Assembly (NCBI RefSeq): GCF_963921235.1
Contig: NC_086107.1
Span: 96,846,001 to 96,910,000 of the forward strand
Source: Mobula hypostoma
Taxonomy: Eukaryota
Direction: 5' to 3'
Length of the DNA: 64,000 nucleotides
The notes under the pieces are model-generated. The model did not search any database, had not been told where the DNA came from, and was given only the letters and a program-made list of their open reading frames with translations. A program made the translations under genes and the position numbers. Below are positions 62,601-64,000 of the stretch, piece by piece; position 1 is the stretch's first letter; each line of letters begins with the position of its first letter.

Positions 62601-64000
62601 GGCACTTGTCCAGTGACAGTTTTAACCCTTCAGATTTCAGGAGGTCTCGCACCTTCAGTAGCTTTGTCTCGTATTCTTCCAGAGTGGACCCAAGCACTAT
62701 GAGATCATCCAAGTACACCAGTTCCTCAAGCAGGTTCATCTCCGCAACAGTCTTCTCCATGACATGTTGGAACATAGTCAGTGCCCCTGATATGCCCTGG
62801 AGCATTCTTTCAAACCGAAAGAATCCCACTGGACACATGAGTGCCATCTTCTCCTTGTCAACTTCACTCATGGGTATCTGATATTACCCACTCCTTAGGT
62901 CCAGCACACTGAATCGTTTTGCTCCACTCAGGCATGCCAGCGCACCTGCGATCTGTGGAACAGTATATTGGTCAGGGACTATAGGCAGTTCAGTGTCCGA
63001 TAGTCAATACACATTCATACCTTCCCATTCTTCTTCCTCACCACTGTGCATAGGGACTTCTTGACTCGGTGATAATTCCAGTTTCCTTCAGTTTCAGCAG
63101 ATGCTGCTGAACATCTTCCACCTCCACAGGAGCTAACTGCTGAGACCGTTATCTGAAAGGGGTATTCTTGGAACAACCCACATCACTCATCAGTAGAAAA
63201 GACTTCTTCGAACTTTAACATCTTTTCCGTCAGTCTCCTTTTCCATCTCTCGGGTACCAGGGAGTCACCAAAATTGAATGACTTTGCTGTTACCTTCCTC
63301 AGTCCAGGAGATTGTCTCTCTTCTAGTTTTCTCATCTGAAAACTAGAGATTATGTTCACTGGGAAAAGATGTGCCATCGGCATCCCGCATCTGAGGGTGA
63401 CCCCTGTCACTGTGGTGTTCCTGACAATCACTGTCATTCTGTTTGCATGTACAGCTGACAGTTTCTGAAGTTCAGGCCTCTCCAGCAGGTAAACGTGACT
63501 CTTCTTCGTGATCCTCCAGAGCATCCACCAGGAGGGCCTCAGCATCAAGGATTCTGGGGAATTTGGGGTGTCCTGTCACTCTAGCTACTTCCCCAAGATG
63601 TAACACGATGAGTTTGGGCTGGGTGTACCAGACAGTTCCTTGTTTGTGCTCATCATCTTGCGCCTTCTCAGAACTTGGAGGAACTTGCACCTTCTCAAAA
63701 ACGCCTCCTGAACACTTGGTGAATTGACAAGGTTCTCAAGAAATTCTCTCCATTTCTCTCCTTGCTGGCTCCCACAAGCCTTCTCACAAGGGAAGTATTT
63801 GTTCCCACAATAATGGAAGCTTTACCTTTCTCACTAATGTATCAAGGCCCTCAGCTACTCCAGCACCTGCTTCTGAAAACTCCAGCTTCAAAGACAAGTA
63901 ACTAACATATGCAAAATCATCAGTACTGAGGCCCCAAACCTCTAATGCGTCAAATACCAGTTGTAGAAGGATCCGTACAGTATAGTAACCTTGGAACCAG

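Larger units (their letters stand above)
58750..64000 (-). mobile_element. Decayed Ty3/Gypsy LTR retrotransposon (pol region plus 3' LTR), continuing beyond the window
   Basis: RT (FERMLQGISGA...VYLDDLIV), RNase H (RTDNSLLTY...RWLAEL), integrase (DLVCMDFL, TTPYHPQGDPQPERFN) and C-terminal RRPQRVRKPP, in RT-RH-IN order. Confidence 0.92.

Noticed and set aside
56857..64000. CENPM exon 4 and later exons
   Set aside because: No FFLGKVCF-like peptide was found; they presumably lie beyond the window.

Overview
Repeat-rich vertebrate genomic DNA, most likely from a cartilaginous fish (inferred from V-SINEs and abundant CR1, Rex1/Babar and Penelope remnants). Host genes: SMIM45, a 68-aa membrane microprotein on the minus strand (CDS 19125-18919, probable non-coding first exon near 35.6-35.8 kb); CENPM coding exons 1-3 on the plus strand (43341-56856, remainder not found in this window); and a probable minus-strand non-coding first exon/promoter at 3.1-3.3 kb that synteny suggests belongs to SEPTIN3. 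Most of the rest is nested transposable elements: two near-full-length CR1 LINEs and many fragments, Rex1/Babar LINEs, tRNA-derived SINEs, Tc1 derivatives, Penelope-like fragments and a decayed Gypsy element with one LTR. Three signals stand out. (1) A U_UUA_AAC slippery heptamer sits exactly at the CR1 ORF1/ORF2 junction, with ORF2 in the -1 frame and no suitable AUG (candidate programmed -1 frameshift). (2) Penelope-derived repeats carry a dispersed family of minimal hammerhead ribozyme motifs, including a tandem pair and a 95-bp mini-insert with a 13-bp flanking duplication. (3) Both minus-strand first exons have an RFX X-box plus CCAAT promoter. All calls were made by eye from the sequence; no searches were run and most repeat boundaries are approximate.
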